Shown here: positions 59,901 to 64,000 of the stretch, piece by piece
Layout of the letters: every line of letters begins with the position of its first letter
How positions within the stretch are numbered: the first letter of the stretch is position 1
Assembly (NCBI GenBank): GCA_964019425.1
Contig: OZ025792.1
Location: 1,054,001-1,118,000 of the forward strand
Source of the DNA: Flectonema sp. DT1601
Taxonomy: Eukaryota
Length of the DNA stretch: 64,000 bases
Direction: 5' to 3'
Notes under the pieces: model-generated
The model's input: the letters and a program-made list of their open reading frames with translations, nothing else
Databases searched by the model: none
Told to the model about the DNA's origin: nothing
Position numbers and translations under genes: made by a program

Positions 59901-61325
59901 ATGAGCAGTTGTAAGGAGCTGCTTTTGGATGTGATGCGGTTAGTACAAGAAGTGGAGAAAGGACTAGCAGGAGAAGAAAAGAGAAGGAGGGTTTTGACTC
60001 TCACGATGAGAGTGCTGGAGCAGCTGACGGAGGACTCCGGAGAGAAACAAGGAGAGTCGTCAAAGAGAAAGACGACAGAGCAAGAGAGGAAGGGGAAGGA
60101 GTCCGGGGGACAACGACAGGAAGCGGCGAGCACGGTGAGGGATGGAAATGATGGAGGCCCGACGCCAACTACCAACAACAAGAAACCCACTCTGCCAGAG
60201 TGGTACATTCACGCAGCGTGGGCTAAAGCAACACCTACGCTTAAATTCTCAGAAGCAATCGATGCCTCCAAAAACAACGCGGACGGACTCGTGCTCATCA
60301 GCTCAAAGGCTGATTATGAAGCACTGAAGCAAACACGAACGAAGGGCGACTGGACTGCCATCTCAAAGTCTAAACTGTTTAAAACAACAGTCCCAGTCGC
60401 ACTTCCAGTCGTAAAGAAGTGCGGAACCTGCGTCATTCGTAGGGTATTTGTCACCCCGATTTGTGGCAAAGATTTCACTGCCGCAAGAGAAGACGCCATC
60501 GAGCCACCACAGCCGGACCCAGTTCTATTCGTACAAGACTGGAGTAAATCAGCAGAGAGCACTCTCACCACTAAGGTGAAAGAATTAATTAAAAAGTGGG
60601 AGCTGAAGACATCGCCCTTCGGATTTAAAAAATGCGATATGCACACATCTATGGCGATCCGTGTGCCAAACTTCAGAATTTCTGAAATTCTGGAATACAA
60701 CAACAGCGACACCTCCAGTGAGAAGAGAGATCTATTCATCAGAAACCCATCTTGGTCTAATGGCCAAGACTCTTGGAACACAGTTCAGTTCGTTAAGGAC
60801 TTGGGCTTCAAAGCGGTGCTGGGCAAACTTTCAGTTCTTTCAGCAATCAAAGGTAGCTTCTACATCACGAAGTTCCGAGAGTGCTTTGGGCTGAAAGTTC
60901 AACCCGGGTTTACTCAAAAAGTGAGAGAATCACTCGGGGATTCTCTGAAACCCGCACTGCCGACTGGTCAGCGTTTTATAATTAAATCACTGGCTATTAA
61001 GAAGTTCACGACGCAACAGATCAGCGATCACCTGTTGCACGCATACAAGTGGAGTCACACAATTGTGGCTAGTTTTCATAAGGGAGGCAACAAAACGTTA
61101 ATTGCAATCTCTGAATCGGTTCCATCACCAAGCTTCGTCGACATGGGTAAAGATGCGTACCTTGTAATCAACATGGAAACTAAAAGAGAAAAGCCGGTCA
61201 AATTGGGGCCGACCTTCAACCCGGGCAAGGGTCCAGTTATATCTGGTGATCTGAAGCGACACTGTGCTGAAGAACCAACCGATACTACTGAAACGACTGA
61301 TGTGGAAATGGATAATTCAAACTGA
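59901..61325 (+). CDS. LINE ORF1 protein (474 aa from ATG 59901)
   Basis: Long basic ORF directly upstream of and in frame with the APE-RT ORF; charged helical N-terminus and acidic C-terminal tail. Confidence 0.8.
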   Translation: MSSCKELLLDVMRLVQEVEKGLAGEEKRRRVLTLTMRVLEQLTEDSGEKQGESSKRKTTEQERKGKESGGQRQEAASTVRDGNDGGPTPTTNNKKPTLPEWYIHAAWAKATPTLKFSEAIDASKNNADGLVLISSKADYEALKQTRTKGDWTAISKSKLFKTTVPVALPVVKKCGTCVIRRVFVTPICGKDFTAAREDAIEPPQPDPVLFVQDWSKSAESTLTTKVKELIKKWELKTSPFGFKKCDMHTSMAIRVPNFRISEILEYNNSDTSSEKRDLFIRNPSWSNGQDSWNTVQFVKDLGFKAVLGKLSVLSAIKGSFYITKFRECFGLKVQPGFTQKVRESLGDSLKPALPTGQRFIIKSLAIKKFTTQQISDHLLHAYKWSHTIVASFHKGGNKTLIAISESVPSPSFVDMGKDAYLVINMETKREKPVKLGPTFNPGKGPVISGDLKRHCAEEPTDTTETTDVEMDNSN

Positions 61326-64000
61326 CTTGACAAACGAACACCGTCAACTTCAAATTCTAAAAATGACTCACATCATAGTAAAGTTCTGGTGAAGCCGACT
61401 ACTGTAACAGCACCGACTATCTCTCAAACTGAAAAAGAACTGACCCGAAGTTTATTACTGCTGGCAGGCGACGTTGAACGCAACCCTGGACCTGAAAATT
61501 CGTTACTCTCAGTGTTGAGCTGGAACTGTAGATCGATAAGTCAGAAGGGGTCTTATATTCAAAGACTCCTTTCTCACTACTCGCCGGATGTACTGTGCTT
61601 ACAGGAAACCTGGTCGAAGGAACACATTTCGCACCCTGGCTATTATACATATAGGAAGGACAGAAATACAAAAGGTGGTGGCATTATAATAATGGCAAAG
61701 AGATGCTTCTCACAAGGAATCAGTGATGAAGAATTGTTTTCGAGAACAAGCGGTATCGAAGCTATGATGCTGAATGTTGGTGGTGTCAATGTTATTAACG
61801 TTTACGCTCCCCCTGGGTGTATCATTAGAGAAGATGATCTTCCGATCACAACGAAGTCTATTATTGCGGGCGACTTCAACGCACACAACCTCGTCTGGTC
61901 TACCAGGACAACCAAATCTGGTAAAGAATTATTTAATTGGGCGGATCGCAATGACGTTCTCGTAGCAAACAGACCTGGTCAAATAACTCGGCCCAAACAC
62001 GACATTCCTGGCGGTGGTACCTCACCTGACGTTATATTCTTTAAAGGATCAATTGTATTAGAAGAATTTTCAATCATAAATGAAGACAGTAAACATAACT
62101 CGGATCATCGACCTCTACTCGCTATCTTCGACACAATGGCTCACCTCTCTCAAGCAACAGTTGGAGCAAGGAAACGAACTGTCTGGGATTTCAAATCTAC
62201 AAACTGGAGTGCTTTCAGACAGCAACTTGATAGAAGAATTGATAGGGCTAAGTTCTCGGATGATGCCACTGGTAATGTTGGATTATTAAATAACATAATA
62301 CATGAAGTAGCTGCGAGGAACGTGCGGAGGAGAATCTTATTTAAGGGCAAGCGCCGACGTAAGTGGAAGACCTCTTCACCTGAATCTATAAAATCAAAAG
62401 GTAGTCACCTGAAAGACCAACTGAGGAAGGGGAACAACTTTAACTTCGCCTTCAAGAAGATTAAAGAACTCCAACAGGACGCTGGTAAGGACATCAGCGT
62501 ATCAAATATATCTGAGAACGATTTACCTGCAGCATTTCTGGACCTCTTTGTGGCCGATGGGGATGCTGCTAAACTCGAAGCCCCTTCATTGAAGAAAGAA
62601 GACTTGGAATTGGACATCTGTTGTGACTTCACAGATACCGAGATATCAGCAGCAATTAAAAACCTGAAGCCTCGCAAAGCAGCAGGCCCTGACGGTATTC
62701 ACAACGAAATGCTTAAGAACTTATCTCAGAAGGCAGTTGACTGTTTATTAAAGGTGATCAATTCTTCGTGGAGATCCTCCAATGTTCCATATCTTTGGAA
62801 ACAGGGGTTAATCAAACCGATGTTCAAGTCGGGCAAACCGCGGAACGATATTAAAAGCTACAGACCAATCACACTCACTTCGGTTGTTGGCAAACTGGCT
62901 GAGAGGTTGGTGTACGACAGGCTCATGCATTGGCTTACCGAAAACTCAGCACTCAGTCCGATTCAAGCTGGCTTCAGACGGGGCAGAAATACCTGCGAAC
63001 AAATCACAATTCTGGTGGACGCCATGGTAAACAACCACACGAAGGGGAGGAGGTCAGTCTTCTTGTCATTCGATTTCACAGCAGCCTTCGATAGGATTAA
63101 CCATCGAATTTTACTTTCAAAACTACAAAGAATGGGCATCCCAACCTTCATCGTTCGATGGATAACGGACTTTCTAACCAATAGGAAGGTCAGAGTTGAT
63201 GCAAATGGACATTTCAGTAAGTTTCGTACGCTGTCAAAAGGAGTGCCTCAAGGATCAATCTTAGGCCCACTACTCTATTTAATATATGTTGACGATCTGT
63301 GTAAGATTCTCTCACAAGAGAAGGAAACGACTTTGACCGCACTGTATGCAGACGACACCGCTTGTGCAGTATTTGGCTCGACCATGGACGAAGCAATCTC
63401 AAACGCTCAACGAATACTTGACATCGTTGACAAGTGGTGCCGTGATAATGACATGGCACTTTCAGTCTCCAAGACTTGCGCTCTGAAAATGGATATTCAA
63501 TCGAAAGAAGTAACCCTGACTGATACTAGCGACCGCGAACTCTTATTCTCAAAATCACTGGAAGTACGTTCGTTAGATATTGACTATTTTGATCTAGACA
63601 GCGTGATCAACACGACGACGACAAGGCCCACTTTACTGAGTGGTGAAACGATCCTCGAAGTAGAGGGGAAACCCATCAGGACTCAACAAGAATTAGAAGA
63701 TTTACTGATGTTGAACATCCACGACGAGATGAATGTCAAAGCGAAAATTAAAATTGCCTTCCTACTGCCGATCACGGACTCAGTGAAATATCTGGGTGTT
63801 TACATTGATAACAGGCTCAGGTTTGATAAACAGTTAGAGAAAATACACGACGAACTGAAGAAAGGGATCTCCCTTCTGCAGTGCCTCCAGCCATATGAAT
63901 TGGACTACAAGACCCTAAAGATGGTTAAAAACTTGTACGTGACAGCGAGGATTTCCTATGCACTGGACAGCTTTGGTTGGTTGCTCAACCAGCATAAAAC
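61326..64000 (+). CDS. LINE ORF2: linker + 2A peptide + AP-endonuclease + reverse transcriptase (partial; no stop in the window)
   Basis: Manually translated and open throughout. APE motifs: SWNCRS, LCLQETW, NVYAPP, AGDFNAH, TSPDV, SDHRP. RT motifs: KAAGPDGI, YRPITLTS, QAGFR, DFTAAFD, GVPQGSILGP, YADD (63345-63356), KYLGV (63786). Confidence 0.95.
61434..61493 (+). other. 2A-like StopGo (ribosome skipping) peptide KELTRSLLLLAGDVERNPG/P
   Basis: Exact D(V/I)ExNPG-P consensus with an upstream Leu-rich segment, in frame, a few residues before APE motif I. Confidence 0.9.

Larger units (their letters stand above)
59700..64000 (+). mobile_element. Apparently intact APE-RT non-LTR retrotransposon (LINE; Ingi/I-group-like), truncated by the window end
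   Basis: 5' UTR, ORF1 and an ORF2 open to 64000 with complete APE and RT motifs. The 5' boundary is approximate (where local repeats stop). Confidence 0.93.

Noticed and set aside
61363..61392. ATG at 61363 as the ORF2 start
   Set aside because: Out of frame with the APE-RT ORF; it encodes only MTHIIVKFW before a stop.

Overview
Eukaryotic, repeat-rich DNA. It is probably euglenozoan (diplonemid-like); this is an inference from a spliced-leader (SL) motif, intronless co-oriented genes and the protein family. Positions 1-57.5 kb hold a head-to-tail minus-strand array of seven paralogous surface-protein genes. Each encodes a signal peptide, a variable ~290-aa Cys-containing ectodomain, a PTAV/PTAI mucin-like stalk and a conserved multi-pass membrane domain (bodonin/DGF-1-like layout). 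The AT-rich spacers are mosaics of SINE-like retroposons, a Sola-like DNA transposon with an empty paralogous site, MULE transposase relics and microsatellites. From ~59.7 kb to the window end lies an apparently intact plus-strand APE-RT non-LTR retrotransposon with an unusual expression design. Its 5' UTR carries the conserved 3' half of the SL inside a hairpin. ORF1 ends in one in-frame UGA-C, followed by an AUG-less 55-codon linker ending in a 2A StopGo motif (LLLLAGDVERNPG/P) directly before the endonuclease. The RT also carries a ~100-residue, partly PDZ-like segment. The supplied ORF track misses ORF2 entirely.
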